Positions 1 through 8,225 of a stretch of DNA of 38,905 nt are shown one piece after another. The DNA comes from a virus. Lineage: Duplodnaviria; Caudoviricetes. The notes under the pieces were generated by a model. The model searched no databases. It was not told where the DNA came from and saw only the letters and a list, made by a program, of their open reading frames with translations. The translations under genes and the position numbers were made by a program. Position 1 is the first letter of the stretch; each line of letters opens with the position of its first letter. Location of the stretch: positions 1 to 38,905 of IMG/VR virus record IMGVR_UViG_3300037483_000881; one strand, given 5' to 3'.

Positions 1-135
1 GCGCACGCCGCCCCAGGGGGTGCTGATGTTCGGCCGGTTCGCATAGGTCTGATAAGCCGTGTTCTCCAGGGACGACTGGCCCTGTGCTTCGGCCGCACCC
101 TTGTAGTCGGGGGTGGGAGGAGAACTCTTCATTTC
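1..135. repeat. Terminal direct repeat, left copy (probable circular-assembly overlap)
   Basis: 1-135 matches 38771-38905 except c127 vs a38897; the repeat covers the 5' end of the gene at 37826-38902. Confidence 0.95.
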
Positions 136-578
136 GTGCCTCTCAGGAAGCGGCAGTCGCGCCGGGAAAGGGTTTTCACAACCAAGTCAACACCAGGGGC
201 CCAGCCGTCCGGGACGCGGTATTTCTCGAGGAACCCGGCACTGTCCGTCAACGCCAGGGACCGCGCGTTGTCGCTGGAGATTACCACCAGTACCAGCTGC
301 CGGTCCGGACCGAAGGCGTACTCGAACGCTGGCCCTAACAGCGGGCGCAGGGCGGACGCGGCGTCGAGGGCTACGTCCATGCGGACGGAGTTGGGGGTCC
401 ACCCGCTGAACCCTATCATCCCCCGGACGCACCCGTGCCGGAGACCGCACCTGGGGCAGAAGTCCACGATGTTGTCGAGCGCCTCGATGGCCCGGTAACC
501 GTCCGAGACCTCGCACCCGCACCGCTTCTTGAGCCACTCATAGTGAAGACGAGGAGCCGCTCTGACCGTGTAGTTCAC
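129..578 (-). CDS. GNAT-fold acetyltransferase-like protein of the virion module
   Basis: True start is probably GTG at 578, overlapping the upstream TGA. Contains 'AFEYAF...VISSDNARSLALTDSAGFLEK', like the GNAT N-x-x-S-x(6)-GF motif, and lies between the nozzle and ejection genes. Confidence 0.7.
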   Translation of the reverse strand: MNYTVRAAPRLHYEWLKKRCGCEVSDGYRAIEALDNIVDFCPRCGLRHGCVRGMIGFSGWTPNSVRMDVALDAASALRPLLGPAFEYAFGPDRQLVLVVISSDNARSLALTDSAGFLEKYRVPDGWAPGVDLVVKTLSRRDCRFLRGTK

Positions 579-2155
579 AGGAGGCCCCCTTCTTCCCACG
601 CGAGCATGAACCCGACGAGCACGGTGTAGTCCTGGGAGAAGAAGTGGCACCCGACCGCGATGGCTCGGCCTTCCCCCTCCGCCCCCGACACCGTGAGGAC
701 TGGCACCAGGGCCCCGGCCCACAGGGCGCTGTCCCACAGGCCCGTGTCCCACAGGCCCGGGCCGAACATGCTGGCCGGGATGGACCCGACCGGCTCCAGG
801 ACGTCGTAGTCGAAGCGGGCGAACGCGTCGGTGTCCGGGACCCGGCCCTTCGTGATGAACGTCGGGATGACGTGCCGAACCGTTTTCAGCTTGGACGTAC
901 CGAAGAGGCGGAAGGCCGAGAGGACCGCGCATTCGATGGCCGTGGCGTTCGTGGTGACGCCGCCCAGCTCTACGCCGTCCAGCGGGCCCTCGTTCAGGCA
1001 CACGCGCCCGTCGCGGGTCCCGAAGTAGAGCTTTCCACGCCATACCCCGGTGCAGAGGATGTCGAGCCCGACAAGCCGGGACCAGCCGCGGGTCGCGTAC
1101 GACATGGCGAACTGCTTTTGGATTTCACCGACAGCCGCGTTACCCGGGGTGTTTATCATGAGGAAGTTTGCCTCCGGGTGTATCTGCATCTCCCAACCCG
1201 GAAAGGCACGCATCGTGGCCATGGCCTCCGTGAACAGGGGGCGGACGCGCCGCGTCTCGTACGTCTCGGGGGTGAGGGCCTGCCCGAGGACGAGCTTGGA
1301 CAGCGGCAGCGCGCCCTGAACCGTCAGTAGCAGGATGTCGCCCGCGGAGTTGGCTGCCACGCGCCGGCCGGCGGGGAACCCGCCGACGAAGAACTCGCCG
1401 AGCTGTTCCCACGTCGCGGCGGAGGCCGGGTCGGTCCCACGGAACACCACGACGTCACCCGCCGTGCTGCAAGCCACGAACATGTCGTCCGCGCCGATGC
1501 CACCGTCCATGGTCCAGGTGTAGAGCCCGATGAGGGACCCGCCGTGGGGGAAGAGGGGCCCGAAGTCGAATTGGGTCAGCGCCCCGGAGATGGCGTCGAG
1601 CCCCAAGTACCACGCCCGGGAGCTTCCGCGCTCCACGAACCACAGGCGGTGCTTGAACGAGACCACGAACACGAGGTCACTTACCGGGGGTCCCGTAACG
1701 CTACCCACACTCCACGTGTCGGTGGCCTCTTCGTAGATGTAGTACCCGTTCGCCTCGTCGGTGTAGGCCATCCAACGTCCTGCACCGTTCGTAAACACGG
1801 TATGCGCGCCCGTGCCGGAGGTGGCGTCCACGGTGGACCACAGCGCGACTTGGGCGTCCCCGCTCGTGTCGTAGAGGTAGTCCGACGTGCTGGCGAACAG
1901 TCGGTCCGCGGCGGGGGTGCTGCCGTGGTACGGAAGGAGGGACCGCACCTCGTGCCCGCCGAGGTTCGTCTCGACCTCCTCCCAGCCCGGACGCACGGTG
2001 AGGCCCCGCGCGCCGGAGATGACGTTGATAGCGTACGCCGCGTCGGTGGCGGGCAGCGTCATGATGCCATCCGCCACGTTCTCGCCAACGGGCGCAGGGA
2101 TGGCGTCCTCCTTGACGAGGCTGGGGCGCGGCTGCTCTCGGGTCCGGCGGGCCAC
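575..2155 (-). CDS. Tail nozzle / head-closure (DNA stabilisation) protein
   Basis: 526 aa, beta-rich; N-terminal 'IPAPVG', 'VSFKHRLWFVE', C-terminal GLWD repeats; follows the adaptor gene. Confidence 0.75.
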   Translation of the reverse strand: MARRTREQPRPSLVKEDAIPAPVGENVADGIMTLPATDAAYAINVISGARGLTVRPGWEEVETNLGGHEVRSLLPYHGSTPAADRLFASTSDYLYDTSGDAQVALWSTVDATSGTGAHTVFTNGAGRWMAYTDEANGYYIYEEATDTWSVGSVTGPPVSDLVFVVSFKHRLWFVERGSSRAWYLGLDAISGALTQFDFGPLFPHGGSLIGLYTWTMDGGIGADDMFVACSTAGDVVVFRGTDPASAATWEQLGEFFVGGFPAGRRVAANSAGDILLLTVQGALPLSKLVLGQALTPETYETRRVRPLFTEAMATMRAFPGWEMQIHPEANFLMINTPGNAAVGEIQKQFAMSYATRGWSRLVGLDILCTGVWRGKLYFGTRDGRVCLNEGPLDGVELGGVTTNATAIECAVLSAFRLFGTSKLKTVRHVIPTFITKGRVPDTDAFARFDYDVLEPVGSIPASMFGPGLWDTGLWDSALWAGALVPVLTVSGAEGEGRAIAVGCHFFSQDYTVLVGFMLAWEEGGLL

Positions 2156-2943
2156 TACAGGCTCCAGTTGCCGTCAGGCACGTTCGAGTTGTCGATGAGG
2201 CGAATGTCCGCCACCGGGCCGTCCAGGTGGATGACGGGTCCGTGCGTCTGCTGCCCCAGGGCGATGTCCAGCGCCTCGCGCACGTCCGCCAGGGCCGCCG
2301 TGGTGTCGTACCCGCGGTCCTTCTTGTAGGCGAGCTTGAGCATGCACACCACGAGTAAACGGTTGAACAGGATGATGTCCCCGGCCACCAGGGGTTCGTC
2401 CTGCCCGTCCGGCCCCATGGTGTTCCCCGGCGCGGCGAAGGGGGTTGCAGCGGGCCACACCCAGGCCCGGCTCTTGTACTCCAGGGCGAGCGTGCGGTCG
2501 GCCAGGGGCGTCGGAAGGAACCGGACTTGGTTCGTGTCGATGCGGAACTCGGCGAACACGTCGGTCAAGACGGTGGCCATGTGGTACTGCCAGCGCTGGA
2601 CCGAAATCGGACCGGCCAGGGGCCACTGGTTCGTCCGGTCCCACCCCGTTTGTTCTACCATGCCCGCGAAGTCGGCCGGAAGGTTCAGCACATCCCCGCT
2701 CGCCACGCTCCAGCCAGTAGGCAGGGTCCACACGCCGCCGGCCTTCGCGAGGACGGCTTCAACGAGGAGCTGCCGCCATTCGTACTTTTCGGCGAGCCAC
2801 TGGCCGGCGTTCTTGAGGAAGCCGATGAGGCTGCGCCACTTCGTATCGGTGGAGGCGAAAGGGTCCGCGACGGAGCCGAGACCGAGGTCCCGGCCCGCGT
2901 CGAGGACAATTTCACTCGCCGTCTTATAGCGGGTGATGGCCAC
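2155..2943 (-). CDS. Head-tail adaptor (tail tubular protein A-like)
   Basis: 262 aa; 'LPADF...WDRTNQWPLAGP' pattern; sits between the capsid genes and the nozzle gene. Confidence 0.7.
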   Translation of the reverse strand: MAITRYKTASEIVLDAGRDLGLGSVADPFASTDTKWRSLIGFLKNAGQWLAEKYEWRQLLVEAVLAKAGGVWTLPTGWSVASGDVLNLPADFAGMVEQTGWDRTNQWPLAGPISVQRWQYHMATVLTDVFAEFRIDTNQVRFLPTPLADRTLALEYKSRAWVWPAATPFAAPGNTMGPDGQDEPLVAGDIILFNRLLVVCMLKLAYKKDRGYDTTAALADVREALDIALGQQTHGPVIHLDGPVADIRLIDNSNVPDGNWSL

Positions 2944-2946
2944 GGG

Positions 2947-3663
2947 CTATCTCCGGAGCTTGCTGTCCGGGAGCGTCGGCTTCGCCCCGAGGCTAGCGAG
3001 CTGGGACTGCAACTCGGCGAGCGCCTGGCGCATGGCGGCCATCTCGGCCTCCTTGGCCTGGAGGTCGCGCTCGTAGTTCTTGGTCGCGTCACCCTGGAGC
3101 GCGCTCATCCACCGCTTAACCTTCTCCTGCAAGGTGTGAACCCCCATGAACTTCTGGGCGGCAGGCTCGGGCATGCCGAGCAGTTGCTCGGCGGTGTGGA
3201 CACCGAAGTAGGCCAGCTCCTCGCGCATCGCGCAGTCGATGAAGGGGATTTCCTTGATGGGCGTCCCGATGGCCCCGGACTCCTCGCCCTTCTTCCACCG
3301 GGCGTATCGGTCCGCGAACCGGGCCTTGTAGTCGGGCTCCAGCGGCTTCTCGATGATGTTGTCGCGCGAGCCGGGGATGATGATGCGGATGAACTCCACC
3401 CGCCGGTACACCTGGCGCCCCGCAGGCTCGATGACCACGTACTTGTCGTCTTCCTCGTACTCCGTGATGGTAAGGCCGAGCTTCTCGGCTTCCTTCACCT
3501 TGGGGTGGCGCTTGAGGACCACGCCACCGTCTGTCAGCAGCCCGTCCAGCATCGGCTGCTCACTGAACGTCACGTGGAGGTTGGCATCCTTCTGCCTCTG
3601 CTCCTCGCTCGTCAGGGTGCCCGCCGCGTGGTCGAAGTCGAATCCGAACTCTGCGTCAGCCAT
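2947..3663 (-). CDS. Conserved hypothetical head-module protein with C-terminal coiled coil
   Basis: ATG at 3663 with upstream GGAG; 238 aa starting MADAEFGFDF; 'GTPI...LAYFGVHTAEQL' and a heptad-like tail. Confidence 0.7.
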   Translation of the reverse strand: MADAEFGFDFDHAAGTLTSEEQRQKDANLHVTFSEQPMLDGLLTDGGVVLKRHPKVKEAEKLGLTITEYEEDDKYVVIEPAGRQVYRRVEFIRIIIPGSRDNIIEKPLEPDYKARFADRYARWKKGEESGAIGTPIKEIPFIDCAMREELAYFGVHTAEQLLGMPEPAAQKFMGVHTLQEKVKRWMSALQGDATKNYERDLQAKEAEMAAMRQALAELQSQLASLGAKPTLPDSKLRR

Positions 3664-3686
3664 GATTTCCGCTCCCGGAAAGGTGA

Positions 3687-3713
3687 GGCTGGGGCTCCAG
3701 TGGAGCCCCAGCC
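3687..3713 (-). terminator. GC-rich hairpin after the decoration gene (weak terminator or mRNA stabiliser)
   Basis: GGCTGGGGCTCCA-g-TGGAGCCCCAGCC perfect inverted repeat; followed on the minus strand only by TCACCTTT. Confidence 0.6.
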
Positions 3714-3719
3714 GAGGTA

Positions 3720-4190
3720 CTACAGCAGCCCGATGGTAGGGTAGGACAGCTGGACGTCGGCGAAGCCCCCGGAGTCCGCGCTGGTGAACAGAGCGCCTCC
3801 GACCGCCTGGTTCGCGGTCACTGCGTCGTCGATGCTGCCGGCGGTGGCGGTGACGTACGGAATGGTGCCCGCGACGACGGCGGCAGCTACCTTGGCCGGA
3901 ACCGCGCCGCGGAGGCAGTACCAGCCGAACTGGTTGGCCACGTTCGCGCTCATGGCGATGGCGCAGGGGCCCTTCGACGCGGCGACGGTGCGAACGGTCG
4001 CACCGTTCTTTTGGTCGAAGGTGACGCAATCCCCGACGATGGTTGCCGCGACGCCCTTGAGGTAGATAAACTCGGCTTCACCGTACGTGGGGTCGTACCC
4101 ACGGACGCACGTGCCGAGCGGGTGCTTCTGGAGAGTGGAGGTGTCCGCGATGGCCTGGGCACCGGGGAAGCTGTGAAGCGCGTAAGCCAT
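3720..4190 (-). CDS. Capsid decoration/cement protein
   Basis: 156 aa, Ala/Gly/Thr-rich, 'GEAEFIYLKG', 'QFGWY'; directly downstream of the capsid gene with an AAGGAG RBS. Confidence 0.65.
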   Translation of the reverse strand: MAYALHSFPGAQAIADTSTLQKHPLGTCVRGYDPTYGEAEFIYLKGVAATIVGDCVTFDQKNGATVRTVAASKGPCAIAMSANVANQFGWYCLRGAVPAKVAAAVVAGTIPYVTATAGSIDDAVTANQAVGGALFTSADSGGFADVQLSYPTIGLL

Positions 4191-4206
4191 GATTCATTCT
4201 CCTTGC

Positions 4207-4254
4207 GTGAAGAAGGACGCGGGGTGGAAATCACCCCGCGTCACAGCGCTTCAC
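4207..4254 (-). promoter_or_regulatory. Interrupted stem-loop between capsid and decoration genes
   Basis: 11-bp stem GACGCGGGGTG/CACCCCGCGTC (4216-4242) enclosed by GTGAAG/CTTCAC, ending just before the RBS. Confidence 0.65.
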
Positions 4255-5228
4255 TAGTTATTGTGGAGCCGGCAGCTAAACTGCGGCCCGCCGCTGGTCA
4301 TCTGGCCCGCGAACCCGATGAGCTGGGTTTCCGCGTCCTGGTTCGTGGAGTACCGCCGGCCGGGGTTGATGGCGGTGAAGTTGCGCCGCTTGTGGGGCCG
4401 GAAGTACATGAACGAGGTGTTGAGGAACAGCATGGTGTTCACGGGGGCGAACCCGCCGATGCCACCGTCGAGCACAACGTCCGCGCTCATGTACTTCACG
4501 CTCGGGAAACCGAGGTCTCCGACCTTCACGTCCACGAACCGGGTGAGGTTCTGGAGGAAGGCCATGTAGAGCGACCACATGGCGTTGTCGGCCAGCACGA
4601 GGTCGATGACGTCGGACCCGCGGCTCGTCGCGGCGTACGCCTGGTTCATGTAGGTGTTGATGTTCGCGGCGGTGATGACGCCCGCGCCGGGGGCGACGAG
4701 CTGGGAACGCCACACGGGGAAGGTCGCCCGGTTGATGCCACCGTAGGTGCCAACGGTCGGGGCGGTCGGAACCGCGGCGGCGAGGCCGATGAGCTGCTTC
4801 CCGCCGAACCCCGTACCGTCAGAGTAGACACCCTGACACACGAGGTTCTTGAGGGACGCTTCCGCGACGCGGAGTCGGCCCTCCATCATGTCGATGACCC
4901 GCTCCTTGCCGCTGTTCTGGAGGTCTTCCAGGCCGGTCAGGGTGACCGCGGCGGCGGCCTGCGCCCACGGGAACTCGGCCGCGGAAAGCACGTCCTGCGC
5001 GGCCACGTTCAGCTGGTCACCGCCCGTGTACCACATGGCGGTGCCGTTCTCCGCGAACGAGATTTCCTCGAGAATCTTCGTGCCCCCGGAGACGAGGCGG
5101 ATGTTGCCCTTCTGCTTGAAGCGCATCAGCGCGGCGTTGCTCTTGGTCACGTTGTCGCGGAACTGCCCGCTCCGGGACTCGATGCCCGAAGCGAGCACGT
5201 CGGTGTAGCTCGGGTTTGCGAAAGCCAT
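4254..5228 (-). CDS. Major capsid protein
   Basis: 324 aa starting MAFANPSYTD; 'DNVTKSNAAL', 'SGGTKI', 'LQNSGKERVI', 'YSDGTG'; strong codon bias; follows the scaffold gene. Confidence 0.9.
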   Translation of the reverse strand: MAFANPSYTDVLASGIESRSGQFRDNVTKSNAALMRFKQKGNIRLVSGGTKILEEISFAENGTAMWYTGGDQLNVAAQDVLSAAEFPWAQAAAAVTLTGLEDLQNSGKERVIDMMEGRLRVAEASLKNLVCQGVYSDGTGFGGKQLIGLAAAVPTAPTVGTYGGINRATFPVWRSQLVAPGAGVITAANINTYMNQAYAATSRGSDVIDLVLADNAMWSLYMAFLQNLTRFVDVKVGDLGFPSVKYMSADVVLDGGIGGFAPVNTMLFLNTSFMYFRPHKRRNFTAINPGRRYSTNQDAETQLIGFAGQMTSGGPQFSCRLHNN

Positions 5229-5337
5229 GATGAGGTTCCTTCACTGCGGGTTATTGGGTCTGCGCGTGGACGGCTGGCTGCCGTTCGCATGCGGGGCCCG
5301 GGGCCCCAGTGAGGTGGGCGGGAGGACCCGCTCCTCT

Positions 5338-6567
5338 TTACGCCCCTCCCCCGTACACCTTGCTCCAGGCTTGTTCGAGGTGGCCCCGGATGTCCTCCGG
5401 CTCGGGGCCCGCGCCAGCTACGGCGGGGCGAGGCTGGAGGCTTCCGGACGCCGCCGCAGCTCGCGCCGTGGACCCGTTGGGGTTCGTCGCCGCCGCAGCT
5501 TCCTCGCGGGCCCGGGATACTGCTGCAAGGTCCGGGTGGAGGGCTACGGCTATATTATACGCTTCCTCGTCATCGAGTACAACGCCCTGGTCCAACTTCG
5601 CGCGCACGAGGGCCGCCATGTCACCCCGGACATCCTCGAAAAACTCGTGGCTTTCCGCGAACTTCTCGTACCCCGAGGCCACCTCCGACATCATCGCCTG
5701 CTCCTGCTGCCCGCGCCAGTCCGCTTCCCGCTGGTCCCGCGCCCGCAGCTCTTGAACGAGCTGGTCAACGCGCGGGTCGTACGCCTGGCCGGACTGCCCC
5801 TGGGGCTGCCGCGGGGGCCCCGCCGCGCCGTCCAGCGCGTCGGCGAGCATGTCCACGTCGATGCCGTACCCGCGGATGAGCTGGGCCACGATGGCGGCCT
5901 TGTGCTGCATCGGCGCGGTCTGGAGGCTCGCCGCGGTCTGGAGCAGGCCGGCGATGGTCTCCATCGGGTGATGCCCGTTCGCGCGGATGAGCCCCTCGTA
6001 GGGCTTCACGACGTCGAAGAGGTCTTGCGCAACCTGGCGCATCGGCGCGTCCTGCGCCAGGCGCGTATTCACTTCCTTCTCCCGGCGCAGCAGCTCCTCC
6101 TTGATGGCCTTCCCCGACTCCCCGAGCTTGTCCAACTCCGCCCAGTGCTCGCGGGCAAGGGCCTTCCACGCCTGGGGCGCCTTCACCGTGGGGTCCGGAG
6201 GGGCTCCCGGCGCTCCGGGGGCGCCCGCGGCGGCCCCAGGGGCCGGCGCAACGGGCTTCACGGGCAGCGTACCCGGGGCCTTCGGCACGAACTTGCCCGA
6301 CACCGGGTCGCGCTCCAAGGCGGGCGCTGCCGGGGCCGCCCCGGGAGCGGGCGTCGCGCCTACCGCGGGCTTCTCGCCGGCCGGCTTCACCGCGCCGGGC
6401 ACTCCCTTGTCGGGCACGGACGCGACGGGCTCGTCCGGCCCGCCGCCCGGTCCAAACACCTTGTCGTACGCGGCGTCCAGGGTCTCGTGCATCGAAGGGC
6501 CGGCCGGCTCGCTTGCGGCCGCGCTCGCACTACCAGTCACAACTTCCTGCTCGTTTTCGACTGCCAT
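5338..6567 (-). CDS. Capsid scaffolding protein
   Basis: 409 aa; Pro/Ala-rich N-terminus with 'RDPVSGKF', 'APQAWK...RREKE', helical body; directly upstream of the capsid gene. Confidence 0.8.
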   Translation of the reverse strand: MAVENEQEVVTGSASAAASEPAGPSMHETLDAAYDKVFGPGGGPDEPVASVPDKGVPGAVKPAGEKPAVGATPAPGAAPAAPALERDPVSGKFVPKAPGTLPVKPVAPAPGAAAGAPGAPGAPPDPTVKAPQAWKALAREHWAELDKLGESGKAIKEELLRREKEVNTRLAQDAPMRQVAQDLFDVVKPYEGLIRANGHHPMETIAGLLQTAASLQTAPMQHKAAIVAQLIRGYGIDVDMLADALDGAAGPPRQPQGQSGQAYDPRVDQLVQELRARDQREADWRGQQEQAMMSEVASGYEKFAESHEFFEDVRGDMAALVRAKLDQGVVLDDEEAYNIAVALHPDLAAVSRAREEAAAATNPNGSTARAAAASGSLQPRPAVAGAGPEPEDIRGHLEQAWSKVYGGGA

Positions 6568-6585
6568 GTTCCGCTCCTGCGGCGC

Positions 6586-7023
6586 TTACGCCGCCTTGAA
6601 GAAGTAGATGTCGTCCACCTTCGCCAGGAACTCCGCTGCGCCCCACGCCTTCGGGGGCGTTTGCTTCGGGAAGCTGTGGTAGTGCGTCGCGCCCGGCACC
6701 GGGTTCGCCTCCCAGTGGAAGTAGGCCGCCGCCGCGGCCCGGAGGCACTCCGCCCACGTCGCCCCTTCGCGTGGCCAGAGCACGAGCTGCCCGTCCTTCT
6801 TGTCGGTAACCGAACTGAATTGCATCGGGGAGAACAGCACGGCGAGCATGTCGTCTCCCCACCAGTTCTTTCGCGGGTCCTCCGCCCGCGCGACCGCGAC
6901 ATACGCCACGGCCAGCTTGCACGCGTGCGCCTGGCCCCGAGCCTCGCGCCATACCACCAGGGCTAGGAGCACGATTCGTCCGAACACGCCCAGTGCGTCC
7001 TCCACCAGCTTGCGGTAGTTCAT
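6586..7023 (-). CDS. Endolysin, SleB/Hydrolase_2 cell-wall hydrolase family
   Basis: Motifs 'LA..VWREARGQ', 'AVAYV', 'QFSS', 'GATHYH', 'IYFFK'. Confidence 0.85.
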   Translation of the reverse strand: MNYRKLVEDALGVFGRIVLLALVVWREARGQAHACKLAVAYVAVARAEDPRKNWWGDDMLAVLFSPMQFSSVTDKKDGQLVLWPREGATWAECLRAAAAAYFHWEANPVPGATHYHSFPKQTPPKAWGAAEFLAKVDDIYFFKAA

Positions 7024-7307
7024 GGCCTCCGCTCCAGCAGCTCGCGAATGTGGGCGATTTCCGCCAGCACCGCCGCGTGCCGTTCGTTGTCGAGTTTCTG
7101 CTCCGCGTCCGTGTGGTCCACGAGCGCCTGGCGTATCTTGTGGTCAACCCAGGCGATGCCCCCCGCGACCGCCCCGATGCCCCCGGCGAGAAGGATGATG
7201 GTATTCAGGTGGGACCCCGGGATGCCACTGCTCGCCTCGGCTGCTACGGCGATGCCGGTGAACAGGAGCAGGGTGGCAAGGAGCAACTTCGCGGGGGCGC
7301 GCATCAT
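7020..7307 (-). CDS. Small membrane protein (holin/spanin-like lysis accessory)
   Basis: ATG at 7307 overlaps the upstream stop; signal-like N-terminus, second hydrophobic segment, charged helical tail. Confidence 0.6.
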   Translation of the reverse strand: MMRAPAKLLLATLLLFTGIAVAAEASSGIPGSHLNTIILLAGGIGAVAGGIAWVDHKIRQALVDHTDAEQKLDNERHAAVLAEIAHIRELLERRP

Positions 7308-7609
7308 GTGCTCCCGTAGAGCTGGAGCGCGAGGGCTCGGCACGCCGCTACGTCCCGGCGCACATCCTCCTGCTCGGAGGGCTTACCCTCCGTGAATGGT
7401 TCGGCCAGCCAGGTGAACGGGTGCTTCGCGCTCAGCACGGCATCCATGCACTCACAGTACATGGCGACCAGGCCCTCCCGGTCGCTGCCCGACGCGGAAA
7501 TGCAATCCCGAATGAATTCCTTGTGCTGCTCGGGCGTCCACGGTTCGGCGCTGCGCGCCAGCATCGGCACGAGACCAAGCAGAATCGCCACTGCGATGTA
7601 CTTCATCAT
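7304..7609 (-). CDS. Small exported protein with four Cys
   Basis: ATG at 7609 with AGGAG RBS; signal peptide MMKYIAVAILLGLVPMLARS-A; contains a CECM motif. Confidence 0.65.
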   Translation of the reverse strand: MMKYIAVAILLGLVPMLARSAEPWTPEQHKEFIRDCISASGSDREGLVAMYCECMDAVLSAKHPFTWLAEPFTEGKPSEQEDVRRDVAACRALALQLYGST

Positions 7610-7827
7610 GGCATGTACTCCTGTGGTGTAGATTGTTCCAGCGTGAATCCGCCGTCCATCGGCATCCCGGTTCCCAACTGCGGCCAGCTGACGTCGCTCG
7701 TCTCTGGCGCTCCGATTCCCTCCGGGTTCAGCTTGTGCAGCGCGCGGCCCGCCGCGACGAGCGCCGGAGCGACGAGCGGGGCCAGGATGGCCACGCCCGC
7801 CGCAATCGGCGCGAACGGGCCTACTAA
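7606..7827 (-). CDS. 73-codon hydrophobic reading frame; possible -1 frameshift extension of the holin-like gene
   Basis: Fills the intergenic gap and its stop overlaps the next ATG. No good start/RBS; the only early candidate is GTG at 7794. Confidence 0.5.
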   Translation of the reverse strand, partial: LVGPFAPIAAGVAILAPLVAPALVAAGRALHKLNPEGIGAPETSDVSWPQLGTGMPMDGGFTLEQSTPQEYMP

Positions 7828-8225
7828 GGGCCCACGATGCCGGCCACCTTCGCCACGATGCTCCCGGCAATCGCGGCCTTCTCCTCCGGCTTGAGGCTGG
7901 AGTCCTTCAACGCCTCGGCAACCGCCTTCGCCACGGCGTCCAACGGGGTTCCGTCCGGGGCGATATCCGCCACGACTTCCGCGGCCTTCTTGAGCAGGAC
8001 GCTTGCCGTGGTCGTGGCGCCGTTCGTCTTGATGTCGATGTGCCACTGCGCGGCGACGTAGGAGAGGACCGCGGTGAGAACCGCGCCGATGGACACGGAC
8101 ACGCTGGCGGCGTCGAGCCCCAGGCCGAGCTTCGCGTTCAGGATGGGGACCAGGAGCGTCGCGAGGACACCCCCGACGACGGCCACCAACTTCTTGCTTC
8201 CGAACAGATTGATGAGCCAGCTCAT
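7824..8225 (-). CDS. Holin-like membrane protein
   Basis: 133 aa; 'SKKLVA' followed by two hydrophobic segments; in a cluster with the endolysin. Confidence 0.6.
   Translation of the reverse strand: MSWLINLFGSKKLVAVVGGVLATLLVPILNAKLGLGLDAASVSVSIGAVLTAVLSYVAAQWHIDIKTNGATTTASVLLKKAAEVVADIAPDGTPLDAVAKAVAEALKDSSLKPEEKAAIAGSIVAKVAGIVGP

Noticed and set aside
4251-4256. Capsid stop-codon readthrough or frameshift into the decoration gene
   Set aside because: The capsid ends in tandem TAG TGA and the decoration gene has its own strong RBS.
4011-6966. Long plus-strand ORFs 4011-5312 and 5227-6966 (and similar antisense ORFs elsewhere)
   Set aside because: They are shadows of the capsid, scaffold and endolysin genes caused by high-GC codon bias, with no motifs or RBS.
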